A stretch of 62,946 bases of DNA from Methanobacteriota archaeon (GCA_005878615.1 VBLT01000120.1:1-62946), one strand, 5' to 3'. Numbered from the stretch's first letter, positions 19,161 through 28,016 are shown. The notes: generated from the sequence alone by a model not told the origin. Made by a program: numbers and translations.

Positions 19161-20731
19161 ATCCGGCCGAACTCGAGATCCTGCGGACCGGATTCGCGTT
19201 CATCCCGGAGGAAATGGGCGTTGCGCTGAAACGAAGCGCCTATTCGCCGAACATCAAGGAGCGGATGGACGCGAGTTGCGCCTTGTTCGACGAGGCCGGC
19301 CGGATGGTCTCGCAGGCCGAACATATCCCGGTCCATCTCGGCTCGATGCCCGCCGCAGTGGACGCGGTCCTGCGGGATTTCCCCGGCACGTTGCGGGAGG
19401 GCGACCAGGTCATCCTGAACGATCCCTATCGAGGCGGGACGCACCTCCCGGACGTGACGCTTGTCCGGCCCGTGTTCGTCCGGACCGAATTGGTCGGCTT
19501 CACGGCGAATCGCGCCCACCACGCAGACATCGGCGGGATCGCGCCCGGATCGATGCCCGCGGACGCCGTGCATCTGGAGGAGGAAGGCATCGTCCTGGAG
19601 CCGCAGAAGTTCCTCGACCGCGGCGAGGAGCGCCGCTCGATCCTCGACCGGTTCCGGGAGGAGACCCTCAATCCCGTTGAGCGACTCGGGGATCTCCGCG
19701 CGCAGGTGGCCGCCAATGAACTGGGCGCCCGGCGTCTCGCGGAATTTGCGGACAAGTGGGGCGTGACCCGCCTTCGGTCCCACATCGGGGAACTCCTCGA
19801 CTATGCGGAACGGCGCATGCGATCCGCCATCCAGACGCTCCCGCGAGGGACATGGGCCGCCGAGGATTACCTCGAGTCCGCCGGCTCCCGCGACTCGCAG
19901 AAAATTCGCATCCGGGCCGAGGTCACGATTGGCGGTTCGGGCTTGACGGTCGACTTCCAAGGCACGGATCGCCAGGTCCGCGGAAACGTGAACGCTCCGT
20001 TCGCGGTGACCTTGAGTGCCACGTATTACGTCGTCCGATGTGTCACGGATCCCGACGCGCCGCGGAACGCCGGCGCGTATCGACCGGTCCGGGTCCTCGC
20101 GGAGGAAGGCCTGCTCGTCCGACCCCGAAGCCCAGCCGCAGTGGCCGCGGGGAACGTGGAAACCTCCCAGCGAATCGTTGACGTCCTGTTCCTCGCCCTC
20201 TCGGAGCCCTTGGCGGACCGGGTACCGGCCCAGAGCCAGGGGACGATGAACAACCTCACCATCGGCGCGGTCGACCGAGTGCCTTTCTCGTACTACGAGA
20301 CCATCGCAGGCGGCGAAGGCGCTCTCCCGTTCCGCCGCGGCATGTCCGGCGTGCACACCCACATGACGAATACGCGGAACACGCCCATCGAGGCCTTGGA
20401 GCTCGCGATGCCCCTCCGCGTCGAGGAATATCGCCTCATCCCCGGCTCGGGAGGCGCCGGCCGTTTCGCGGGAGGCGATGGCGTGCGTCGGTCCGTCCGG
20501 TTCCTCGGTCGAGCTGGGACGGCATCGATCCTCTCCGAGCGACGATCCCTGCGACCCCGGGGCTTGAAGGGCGGCGAAGACGGCCGGCCGGGGCGAAATC
20601 GGCTCGTCCGAAAGGGCCGCCGAAAGACGCTCCCGGCCAAGGTCACGCTCCCTCTGCGGCGGGACGATCTCCTGATCATCGAGACGCCCGGAGGCGGCGG
20701 CTGGGGAAGGCCCCGAGCGCCGCAGCGGTGA
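19157..20731 (+). CDS. Hydantoinase B/5-oxoprolinase subunit B
   Basis: EEMG..L.RSAYSPNIKERMD, HIPVHLGS, NDPYRGGTHLPD, TPGGGGWG. Confidence 0.93.
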   Translation: MNPAELEILRTGFAFIPEEMGVALKRSAYSPNIKERMDASCALFDEAGRMVSQAEHIPVHLGSMPAAVDAVLRDFPGTLREGDQVILNDPYRGGTHLPDVTLVRPVFVRTELVGFTANRAHHADIGGIAPGSMPADAVHLEEEGIVLEPQKFLDRGEERRSILDRFREETLNPVERLGDLRAQVAANELGARRLAEFADKWGVTRLRSHIGELLDYAERRMRSAIQTLPRGTWAAEDYLESAGSRDSQKIRIRAEVTIGGSGLTVDFQGTDRQVRGNVNAPFAVTLSATYYVVRCVTDPDAPRNAGAYRPVRVLAEEGLLVRPRSPAAVAAGNVETSQRIVDVLFLALSEPLADRVPAQSQGTMNNLTIGAVDRVPFSYYETIAGGEGALPFRRGMSGVHTHMTNTRNTPIEALELAMPLRVEEYRLIPGSGGAGRFAGGDGVRRSVRFLGRAGTASILSERRSLRPRGLKGGEDGRPGRNRLVRKGRRKTLPAKVTLPLRRDDLLIIETPGGGGWGRPRAPQR

Positions 20732-20784
20732 ATGTAGGCTACCTGCATCGGGGACGTTCACCCGATGCATCTGTGTTTGTCGTC

Positions 20785-22113
20785 GTGGACCTCCTCGGCG
20801 TCCTGGCAGCCTTCGTCGGAGTCGTCCTCCTCGGCGTCGCGGTCGGGATGCTCACCGGACTCTCCCCCGGACTTCACGTGAACAACGTGGCCGCGCTCCT
20901 CCTGGCCACGCGAGGCGTCTGGGCTGGATTTCTCGGAATCCTCGTCCCCGAGATCGCGGCGGATCCCGCGGCGATCGGGACCTTGCTGTCCTCGTTCCTG
21001 CTCGCGACGGCGGCGGCCCACGGGGTTTCGAGCCTCATTCCCAGCGTGTTCCTCGGCGCGCCGACGGAGGACACGGCCCTCGCGACCTTGCCGGGCCATC
21101 GTCTCCTCTTGGCGGGAGAGGGCCCGAGGGCGGTCGCGCTCGCGGCCCGCGGAGCGACGCTCGGGACCCTTTTCGCGGTCCTCCTCCTGGTCCCGCTCCG
21201 ATTTGTGCTGAGCGATCCGATCGAGCTGGCCGCCCGATTCCGTCCGTGGAGCGCGCTGTTCCTCCTGGGCTTGCTCGGCGCGATCCTCGCCACCGAGTTC
21301 CGGGGACGGCACCGGATTCGGCGGGGCCTCCGAGCGGCGTGGGTTCAGGGCCTCGCGGGCCTCCTCGGCATCCTGACCCTTCGCGGGACGGTCCCCCTCG
21401 ATCCGAACATCGTGCTGTTCCCTCTCTTCTCCGGCCTCTTCGGACTGCCGACGCTCTTCATCAGCCTCCGAGGCAACTCGGGTCGGATCCCGGCGCAGCG
21501 TATCGATTCGCTGCGTCGCCTTTCGTGGAGCGATGCCCGCAGCGCGTTGCGAGGGACGGCCGCGGGTGCGGCGATCTCCTGGCTCCCTGGCCTCAGCGGC
21601 GGCGCGGCCGCGACCCTGGCATCGATCGGAAGGCGCAACCGCACCGGGCCGGGGCAATTCATGATCGTCCTCGGGGCGGTGTCCGCGTCGACGGGCCTCC
21701 TGAGCGCCGCGGTGCTCTTCATGATTCATCGGACGCGCAGCGGCGTCGCGGCCGGAGTCAAGGAACTCGCGGGAGATCCGGCGGCCTGGTCCGGCTTCGG
21801 CATCCCGGCCACCTTGGTCGCGCTCGTCGTGTCCACTTCGCTCGCGACTGCGTTGGCGGCCCCGATGGCGGCCCGGCTGGCTCAACGGATCGCGCGCCGC
21901 TGGTCGACCTGGGATCCGCGGAAAGTTTCCATCGTTTCCATCGCGGTGATCGAGGGCCTCCTGTTCGTCGTGACCGGTTGGCCAGGTGTCGCCGTTGCGG
22001 CCGTCGCGAGCCTGGTCGGGCTCGTGCCGGTGGCCCTTCGCGTGCGCCGCATCCATTTGATGGCCTCCCTCCTGGTCCCCGTCCTCCTGACGTACGTCCT
22101 CCCCGCTCCCTGA
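20785..22113 (+). CDS. TctA-like tripartite tricarboxylate transporter permease (DUF112)
   Basis: GMLTGLSPGLHVN, IPSVFLGAP..D..L..LPGHRLL..G; start may be GTG20728. Confidence 0.8.
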   Translation: MDLLGVLAAFVGVVLLGVAVGMLTGLSPGLHVNNVAALLLATRGVWAGFLGILVPEIAADPAAIGTLLSSFLLATAAAHGVSSLIPSVFLGAPTEDTALATLPGHRLLLAGEGPRAVALAARGATLGTLFAVLLLVPLRFVLSDPIELAARFRPWSALFLLGLLGAILATEFRGRHRIRRGLRAAWVQGLAGLLGILTLRGTVPLDPNIVLFPLFSGLFGLPTLFISLRGNSGRIPAQRIDSLRRLSWSDARSALRGTAAGAAISWLPGLSGGAAATLASIGRRNRTGPGQFMIVLGAVSASTGLLSAAVLFMIHRTRSGVAAGVKELAGDPAAWSGFGIPATLVALVVSTSLATALAAPMAARLAQRIARRWSTWDPRKVSIVSIAVIEGLLFVVTGWPGVAVAAVASLVGLVPVALRVRRIHLMASLLVPVLLTYVLPAP

Positions 22114-22164
22114 GGAAAGGGTAATGAGCCAACGTTTGCATCCCTCAAACGGAGGGGCCTTTCG

Positions 22165-22920
22165 ATGCAAGGCGGGCAGACGCGATCCCGGGATTTCCTC
22201 GAAGGGCTCTCGTTCGTCCTCGCGAGTCGACAGCGCGAAACGGTCCTCGCCGCCGTCATCCCGGGGCCGAAGACGCCCATGCAGGTCGCGAAACAGACGG
22301 GGCTGCACCTGCCGCACGTGAGCCGCGCGCTCGGTCAACTCGTCCGCACGGACCTCGTCGAGCGGGTCGCGGGCCAGCGCCGCGGTCGGCTCTATGCCGC
22401 CTCGGGCCTCGGCCGCGCAGTCTTCGGAGAGCTCGCGGAGGAGCGGGGCGACCGGATCGTCGCGCCAATGATCCGAGGCGGTCACCTTCGGAACTATCAC
22501 CATTGGGTCGCGACCCACCACACGTCGACGGCCGCGGACGAGATCCTGATTGGCGTCGCGATCGAAGCGCGTTTCGGAGACGGCACCTACGAGACGATTC
22601 GACGCATGCTCCGCGAGGAGGCGAAGAACTTTTCGTCGGCCAAGCGCCTCATCTCAAAGGTGATTCCCTTCACGCTCTTGCTCGAGTTGTCCCCGAATGC
22701 GTACTCGCGGGAGTTCAACCACGGACGCCTCGAGGTCGAGGTCCAGGGGCATCGCGCCCTGCTCAAGAACTACGATTGGATCAGCAGCCCCGCCCGCTGC
22801 GCGGCGTGGTTGGGCGCGTACGAGGGGTTCGTCCAGATGCTGAAGATCGAGGCCACCGTGACGAAGGTCGCGTGCATGCTCCGAGGCGACCCGTACTGCG
22901 GTTACCAGCTGGATTGGTGA
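22165..22920 (+). CDS. Winged-HTH regulator with C-terminal V4R-like ligand domain
   Basis: PKTPMQVAKQTGLHLPHVSRALGQL HTH; C-terminal CAAWLG...ACMLRGDPYCGYQLDW. Confidence 0.75.
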   Translation: MQGGQTRSRDFLEGLSFVLASRQRETVLAAVIPGPKTPMQVAKQTGLHLPHVSRALGQLVRTDLVERVAGQRRGRLYAASGLGRAVFGELAEERGDRIVAPMIRGGHLRNYHHWVATHHTSTAADEILIGVAIEARFGDGTYETIRRMLREEAKNFSSAKRLISKVIPFTLLLELSPNAYSREFNHGRLEVEVQGHRALLKNYDWISSPARCAAWLGAYEGFVQMLKIEATVTKVACMLRGDPYCGYQLDW

Positions 22921-23099
22921 TACTGGCTCCCCGAAACGCCCGTACCGAACGGAACAAAGCCTGGTAACCAATTGGTAATATGGCCTTATCCCCGAAGGGG
23001 TTGGTCTGCTTCTGGGCAGGAATCTCGGGACGAAATCCTCGTCTGGAGGGATGCTTGCCTAAGCCCGTCCTCGAGGGGAGTCGCGGACGGGTTCCTTTC

Positions 23100-23648
23100 T
23101 TACGAGTCCTCGTGGTTTTCGCGGGTGCCGTACGGCGTCGAGTACTTATGGGTCTCGCGGATGCGCTCGGTCCCGTCGATCTCCTTGATGTACGCCGCGA
23201 CCACCGCGGGGACGAGGGACTCCCAATCTTCGCCCTTGAGGATCCGATGGCGGACCGTGGTCCCCGAGAGCCGCTCGCGGTCCAGCAGCGGCGGCGAGAG
23301 CGCCTTCAGGCCGTGCTCCCGGAACAGCCGCACGACGAGGTCGGAGTTCGTGTAGACAACGTCGAAGCGCGGGACGAGGGACGTGACATGGCTGACCCAC
23401 ACGCTGTGCACGTGGGTGTCGGGGATCGGGACGATGTGGTAGTTGTGGATCCCCTCGGCGTCGAGGGCTCTCTTGATCATCTCGTACCGCTCGCCGGCGG
23501 TGAAAGGATTCTCGCCCGTGTGGCTGTACTGGGCCGAGCCGATTCCGACGATGATCTCCTCGTTCGATTCCAGGATCCGCCTCACCATCGCGAGGTGCCC
23601 GCGATGGAACGGCTGGAACCGGCCGATGAAGAAGGCGCGTCCCGTCAT
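23100..23648 (-). CDS. nadM: Nicotinamide-nucleotide adenylyltransferase
   Basis: IGRFQPFHRGH, GIGSAQYSHT.ENPFTAGER, SGTTVR. Confidence 0.95.
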   Translation of the reverse strand: MTGRAFFIGRFQPFHRGHLAMVRRILESNEEIIVGIGSAQYSHTGENPFTAGERYEMIKRALDAEGIHNYHIVPIPDTHVHSVWVSHVTSLVPRFDVVYTNSDLVVRLFREHGLKALSPPLLDRERLSGTTVRHRILKGEDWESLVPAVVAAYIKEIDGTERIRETHKYSTPYGTRENHEDS

Positions 23649-23773
23649 TCGGATTCGTCTCCCACGAAGTGTCCGATGTACGGGCAATCGAGCGTGAGGA
23701 ACTTGCGGCAATGGATGCAACGGCCGTCATCGTGGACGGACGCAAGGGCCGCGTTGACTTCGTAGCAAGGCAT
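23645..23773 (-). CDS. 42-aa Cys/His-rich small protein (absent from the ORF track)
   Basis: MPCYEVNAALASVHDDGRCIHCRKFLTLDCPYIGHFVGDESE; its TGA overlaps the nadM ATG (ATGA). Confidence 0.6.
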   Translation of the reverse strand: MPCYEVNAALASVHDDGRCIHCRKFLTLDCPYIGHFVGDESE

Positions 23774-23829
23774 CGGTTCCGAGAATTCGAACGGCTCCAG
23801 GCCCTCGTCCACAGGCTCTCTCCGGAAGC

Positions 23830-25815
23830 TCAGTGGGGGACTGCGCCGAGGCCGGGCTTGTCCGGGGTCATCTTGGGAACGAGCGCCGCGAGCTTGCTGA
23901 TCAGGCCCGACTTCTTCGGGCCTACGAGGGCTTGCTCCAAGACCTCGCTCAAGGTGTCGACGGGGACGATTTGGATCTTCCCTTGGTACTTGTCCTCCAG
24001 CAGGACGTCCTTCATGTTCGACCGCGGGATGACGACCTTCTCGATCCCGAGTTCGGCCGCGGCTTCGATCTTCGCGGTCACGCCGCCGACGGGCAGGACC
24101 TGTCCGCGCACGCTCAGGGAGCCGGTCATCGCGACCGCCTGGTTCACCGGGACTTCTTCGAGGGCGCTGATGACCGCGGTCGCGACGGAGATCGAGGCGC
24201 TGTCGCCTTCCGTGCCTTCGCGGGACCCGACGAACTGGACGTGGATGTCGTGGTTCGAGATGTCCTCGCCGGTGTACTTCTTGATGAGCGCGGCGACGTT
24301 CTCGACCGCCTCCTTCGCGATTTCACCGAGCCGGCCGGTGGCGATGATGCGCCCGCCTTGCTTCGCTTGCGCAGGGGTCACCTCGGCGGCAATGGGCAAG
24401 ACGATGCCACTGAATTCCGCGATCGAGTTGTCGCCGACGAGGACCGCGAGACCGTTGACCATGCCGACGATCGATCCTTCCGTGATGAAGGTCTGGTACT
24501 CCTTGCCCCGCTCGATCATGCGGTCCGCGACCTGCTGCTCGAGGGAGCGCGCGATGCGCTTCGCGTTCAGGACGTGCTTCGCCGTCACGAGGGGAGTCCC
24601 TTCCTCCTGGGCGATGTCCCCCGCGACGCGGATCAATCCGCCCAACTCGCGAAGGCGCAGGGTGAGTTGTCCACGGCGGCCGGCCCTTCGCTGGGCCTCC
24701 CGGAGGATTTCCAGGACCGCGGTGCGGTCGAAGTGCGGGATCTTCCGATCTTTCGAGACCTCCTGCGCGACGAACCGGACCAGCTTGAGGCGGTTGTCCT
24801 CCGTGTCCAGCATCGTGGCCTTCATGTAGATCTCGTATCCGTATCCGCGGATGCGGGACCGCAGCGCCGGGTGCATCCCTTGGACCGCGTCCAGGTTTCC
24901 CGCGGCGACGAGGATGAAGTCGCATGGGACCGCCTCCGTCTTGACCATCGCGCCGGACGACCGCTCGCTCTGGCCGACGATCGAGAATTTCTTCTCCTGC
25001 ATCGCGGTCAGCAGGCTCTGCTGGCTCTCCATGCGGAGGACGTTGATCTCGTCCACGAAGAGGACGCCCTTGTGGGCCTTGTGGATCGCGCCGGATTCGA
25101 CGCGCTCATGCGCGGGGGTCTCGAGGCCGCCGCTCTGGAAGGGATCGTGCTTGACGTCCCCGAGCAAGGCGCCGGCGTGACTCCCGGTCGCGTCGATGAA
25201 GGGCGGCATCTCATCGGCCGTGTGGCTGACGAGGAGCTTCGGGACCATCAGGTTCTCCTGACGGTGGCCCGTGTACCGCGTCGCGATGTAGATGATCGCC
25301 GCGACGAGGATCCCGAACAGGATGATATTCGGGGCATCCGTGCGGAAGCTCGGCTCCGGCGCGCCCCATTGGTAGGAGAGGATGACGCTCAGGCCGATGA
25401 TGAAGAACACGATCGTCATCACCATGGAGGCCTTCTGTTCCCGGCGTTGCATCGCCTCGGCCTTCTGGGCGTTCACGATCTCGCGGCCTTTGCCCGCGGG
25501 GACGACGCGGATCTTGGGTTCGTTCGGGTCCTCGGGATTGTGATACACGATGATGTCCTGGAGATCGTCCCGGGGCAGGAGTTCCGTCATCGCCCGGGCC
25601 AACATCGACTTCCCGGTGCCCGGGTCGCCGATCAACATGACATGCCGCTTCTGTTCGGCGGCTTTGCGGATGACTTCCACGGCCCGTTCCTGACCGATGA
25701 CTTGGTCCACGAGCCGCTCGGGGATTTTCACTTCCGCCGTGGACCGGAAGTCGACCTTGTTAATCCACGAATCCACAGGCGGGAGTTCTTCCGGTTCTCC
25801 CGCTGTCTCCACCAT
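23830..25815 (-). CDS. lonB: ATP-dependent protease LonB (membrane-anchored)
   Basis: DQVIGQE, GDPGTGKS, two TM inserts, GDVKHDPFQSGGL, EGDSAS, PVGGVTAKIEAA. Confidence 0.96.
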   Translation of the reverse strand: MVETAGEPEELPPVDSWINKVDFRSTAEVKIPERLVDQVIGQERAVEVIRKAAEQKRHVMLIGDPGTGKSMLARAMTELLPRDDLQDIIVYHNPEDPNEPKIRVVPAGKGREIVNAQKAEAMQRREQKASMVMTIVFFIIGLSVILSYQWGAPEPSFRTDAPNIILFGILVAAIIYIATRYTGHRQENLMVPKLLVSHTADEMPPFIDATGSHAGALLGDVKHDPFQSGGLETPAHERVESGAIHKAHKGVLFVDEINVLRMESQQSLLTAMQEKKFSIVGQSERSSGAMVKTEAVPCDFILVAAGNLDAVQGMHPALRSRIRGYGYEIYMKATMLDTEDNRLKLVRFVAQEVSKDRKIPHFDRTAVLEILREAQRRAGRRGQLTLRLRELGGLIRVAGDIAQEEGTPLVTAKHVLNAKRIARSLEQQVADRMIERGKEYQTFITEGSIVGMVNGLAVLVGDNSIAEFSGIVLPIAAEVTPAQAKQGGRIIATGRLGEIAKEAVENVAALIKKYTGEDISNHDIHVQFVGSREGTEGDSASISVATAVISALEEVPVNQAVAMTGSLSVRGQVLPVGGVTAKIEAAAELGIEKVVIPRSNMKDVLLEDKYQGKIQIVPVDTLSEVLEQALVGPKKSGLISKLAALVPKMTPDKPGLGAVPH

Positions 25816-25943
25816 CTTCTGACCGGCCCCTCGCTAGGGTCAGTTTGAATACACGAGCCTTCTACTTAAACACTTTGACCTTGGACACATTGGTGAGATT
25901 TCGAAGATCGCCCTCGCAATTCCGAATTTTCTCCAGAGAAAAC

Positions 25944-25994
25944 ACGCGACAAACGGAAATCCCGTGCACGAAAACGTGCGGACTTGTGTCGCGT
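25944..25994 (-). terminator. Stem-loop followed by a pyrimidine tract downstream of the GTPase cluster
   Basis: ACGCGACA...TGTCGCGT outer stem, GCACG-TTTT-CGTGC inner hairpin, then GTTTTCTCT on the minus strand. Confidence 0.4.
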
Positions 25995-26007
25995 TCGACC
26001 GTGGAAT

Positions 26008-26547
26008 CTACGCGGCGCGCGAGGCGATCATCTTGGCGAGCTTCGCGAACGCGTCCTCGACGTTCTGTCCGGTCTTCGCGGAGGTGAACACGTAGGGGGC
26101 GTGGTAGGATTCCGCGGTCCGGCGGATGTCCGCCTCCGTCAGGTCCATCTCGTCCTTCAAGTCCGCCTTGTTCGCGAGGAACTCGATCGGCACGTTGCCC
26201 GTGACCTTGACCACCGCCGCGACCCAGTCGGCCAAATCGTCGAGCGTCTGCCTCCTCGTCACGTCGCAGACGGCGAGGACTCCCTGGGCCCCGTGGAAAT
26301 AGGCCTCCTTGAGGAGTTCGCGGAATCCTTTCTCGCCCATGATGTCCCAGATGGTCATGTCGATATCGGACCCGCCGGTGGGGCCGTCGATTTTGATCTC
26401 CTTCTTCGAGACCTTCGCCCCGAGCGTCGAGATGTAGCGATCGTCGAACTGGTCCTGGATGAACCGTCGGATCAGGCACGTCTTGCCGACGGCGCCTTCC
26501 CCGACGAGGCAGATTTTCACCTTCATCTTCTGGCGGTCCATTTCCAT
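26008..26547 (-). CDS. Rab-like small GTPase 1
   Basis: G1 GEGAVGKT, G2 STLG, G3 WDIMGE, YFHGA, G4 NKAD, G5 TSAK. Confidence 0.92.
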   Translation of the reverse strand: MEMDRQKMKVKICLVGEGAVGKTCLIRRFIQDQFDDRYISTLGAKVSKKEIKIDGPTGGSDIDMTIWDIMGEKGFRELLKEAYFHGAQGVLAVCDVTRRQTLDDLADWVAAVVKVTGNVPIEFLANKADLKDEMDLTEADIRRTAESYHAPYVFTSAKTGQNVEDAFAKLAKMIASRAA

Positions 26548-26605
26548 CCTCTGGTTCGACGTATCGCGAGCACTATCCTCAGGTTATAAAGGCGTTGCCC
26601 AACGG

Positions 26606-26621
26606 TTATCTTCGGGGATAA
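26606..26621. promoter_or_regulatory. Palindromic operator TTATCTTCGGGGATAA upstream of GTPase 1 TATA
   Basis: 15/16 identical to 27897-27912; about 15 bp upstream of minus-strand TTTATAA (26584-26590). Confidence 0.7.
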
Positions 26622-26654
26622 CACGCGTGCGACGCGATCGAAAATTGTCGTGGT

Positions 26655-27212
26655 TCAGGCGTCGCCGTGATGACCGATCGCATCCGCGAGGGCTTGGAAC
26701 GCCTCGTTCACGCCATGCCCCGTCTTCGCGGACGCGAGGAAATGCGAGGCGCTGTGGATCGTGCCCATCCGCGCGAGTTCCTCCTCGCTGACGACGCGCC
26801 GTTCCAGGAGGTCCATCTTGTTCCCGAGGAACACGATCGGGACGTTCCCGACCTGCTTGCGGATCATCTGAACCCAGTTGTTGAGATCGTAGAACGTGTC
26901 CTTGCGCGTCAGATCGCAGACCGCGATGACGCCATGCGAGCCTTCGAAGTACGCGTCCCGGAGGAGGGCCCGGAAACCTTTCTCGCCCATGATGTCCCAC
27001 ACCATCATGTCGAGCATCGCGGGCGCACCCCGCCATTCCACTTCGACGGTCTTCTTCGTGACCTTCGTCCCGACCGTCGCGATGTACCGGTCATCGAATT
27101 CGTCCTGGACGAACCGCCGGATGAGGGAGGTCTTCCCGACCGCGACATCCCCGACCAAACACACCTTGGCCTTGACGTGCTTCAGGCCGGTCACCGCGGG
27201 CGTCGCCATCAT
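26655..27212 (-). CDS. Rab-like small GTPase 2
   Basis: GDVAVGKT, ATVG, WDIMGE, YFEGS, NKMD, ASAK. Confidence 0.92.
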   Translation of the reverse strand: MMATPAVTGLKHVKAKVCLVGDVAVGKTSLIRRFVQDEFDDRYIATVGTKVTKKTVEVEWRGAPAMLDMMVWDIMGEKGFRALLRDAYFEGSHGVIAVCDLTRKDTFYDLNNWVQMIRKQVGNVPIVFLGNKMDLLERRVVSEEELARMGTIHSASHFLASAKTGHGVNEAFQALADAIGHHGDA

Positions 27213-27255
27213 GCGGCTCGAAACGGACTCCGTCTTATGTACCGTGAGGACGCGA

Positions 27256-27271
27256 TTCTCGTCGATGATAA
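27256..27271. promoter_or_regulatory. Degenerate operator TTCTCGTCGATGATAA upstream of GTPase 2
   Basis: 12/16 match to the other two copies; equivalent position relative to a TACATAAG TATA-like element. Confidence 0.5.
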
Positions 27272-27274
27272 TTC

Positions 27275-27838
27275 TTATTCTTCCGCGACGACTTTCCGCG
27301 CGTATCGCTCCTTCGCGACGCGCTCCGCCAGGGATTGGAAGGCGGTCTCGACGTTGACACCGGCCTTCGCCGATGTGAAATGGAACGGGCTGTCGTAGGC
27401 CCTTGCGGCCTGGACCATTTCGTCCTCCGTAATCTGGAGCTGGTCCTTCAGGTCGACCTTGTTCCCCAAGAATTCGATCGGGATCTTGCCGGTCACGCTG
27501 TAGACGCCCTCGATCCAGTCGTCCAGGTCGTCGAGCGTCTTGCGGCGCGTCACGTCGCACACCGCGAGAATGCCGCGAGCGCCGTAGAAGTAGGCCTCCT
27601 TGAGCAGCTCCCGGAATCCCTTCTGGCCCATGATGTCCCAGATCGTCATGTCGATCTTCAGCTCGCCCGTGCCGTCGGGACTGGGCGAGGCGAGTTCCTT
27701 CTTCGAGACCTTCGTGCCAAGGGTCTGAATGTACTTGTCATCGAAGTTGTCGAGCACGAATCGCCGGATGAGGGAGGTCTTGCCGACTGCGGCTTCGCCG
27801 ATGAGACAAACCTTCACCTTCATCCTCTTGACATCCAT
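27275..27838 (-). CDS. Rab-like small GTPase 3
   Basis: GEAAVGKT, QTLG, WDIMGQ, YFYGA, NKVD, TSAK. Confidence 0.92.
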   Translation of the reverse strand: MDVKRMKVKVCLIGEAAVGKTSLIRRFVLDNFDDKYIQTLGTKVSKKELASPSPDGTGELKIDMTIWDIMGQKGFRELLKEAYFYGARGILAVCDVTRRKTLDDLDDWIEGVYSVTGKIPIEFLGNKVDLKDQLQITEDEMVQAARAYDSPFHFTSAKAGVNVETAFQSLAERVAKERYARKVVAEE

Positions 27839-27896
27839 AAATTCCCGCCTGGCACTGGGCATACCCGGCGAGACCCGCTTAAACGTTATGGGAGCG

Positions 27897-27912
27897 TTAT
27901 CCTCGGGGATAA
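27897..27912. promoter_or_regulatory. Palindromic operator TTATCCTCGGGGATAA upstream of GTPase 3 TATA
   Basis: Near-perfect palindrome about 14 bp upstream of minus-strand TTTAAG (27878-27883). Confidence 0.7.
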
Positions 27913-28016
27913 TTGATTGGCCGCGCGGAGCCCGGCCTCATCGAAACGTACTCCGTGACGGAGAATGGCAAACGATGATGTATCCTCGCCGAAATACGGG
28001 GACCGAAGGTGGCCCG

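Noticed and set aside
25930..25945. CTCCAGAGAAAAC resembling an ORB element
   Set aside because: Single weak copy, no G-string, no cdc6/orc1 in the window
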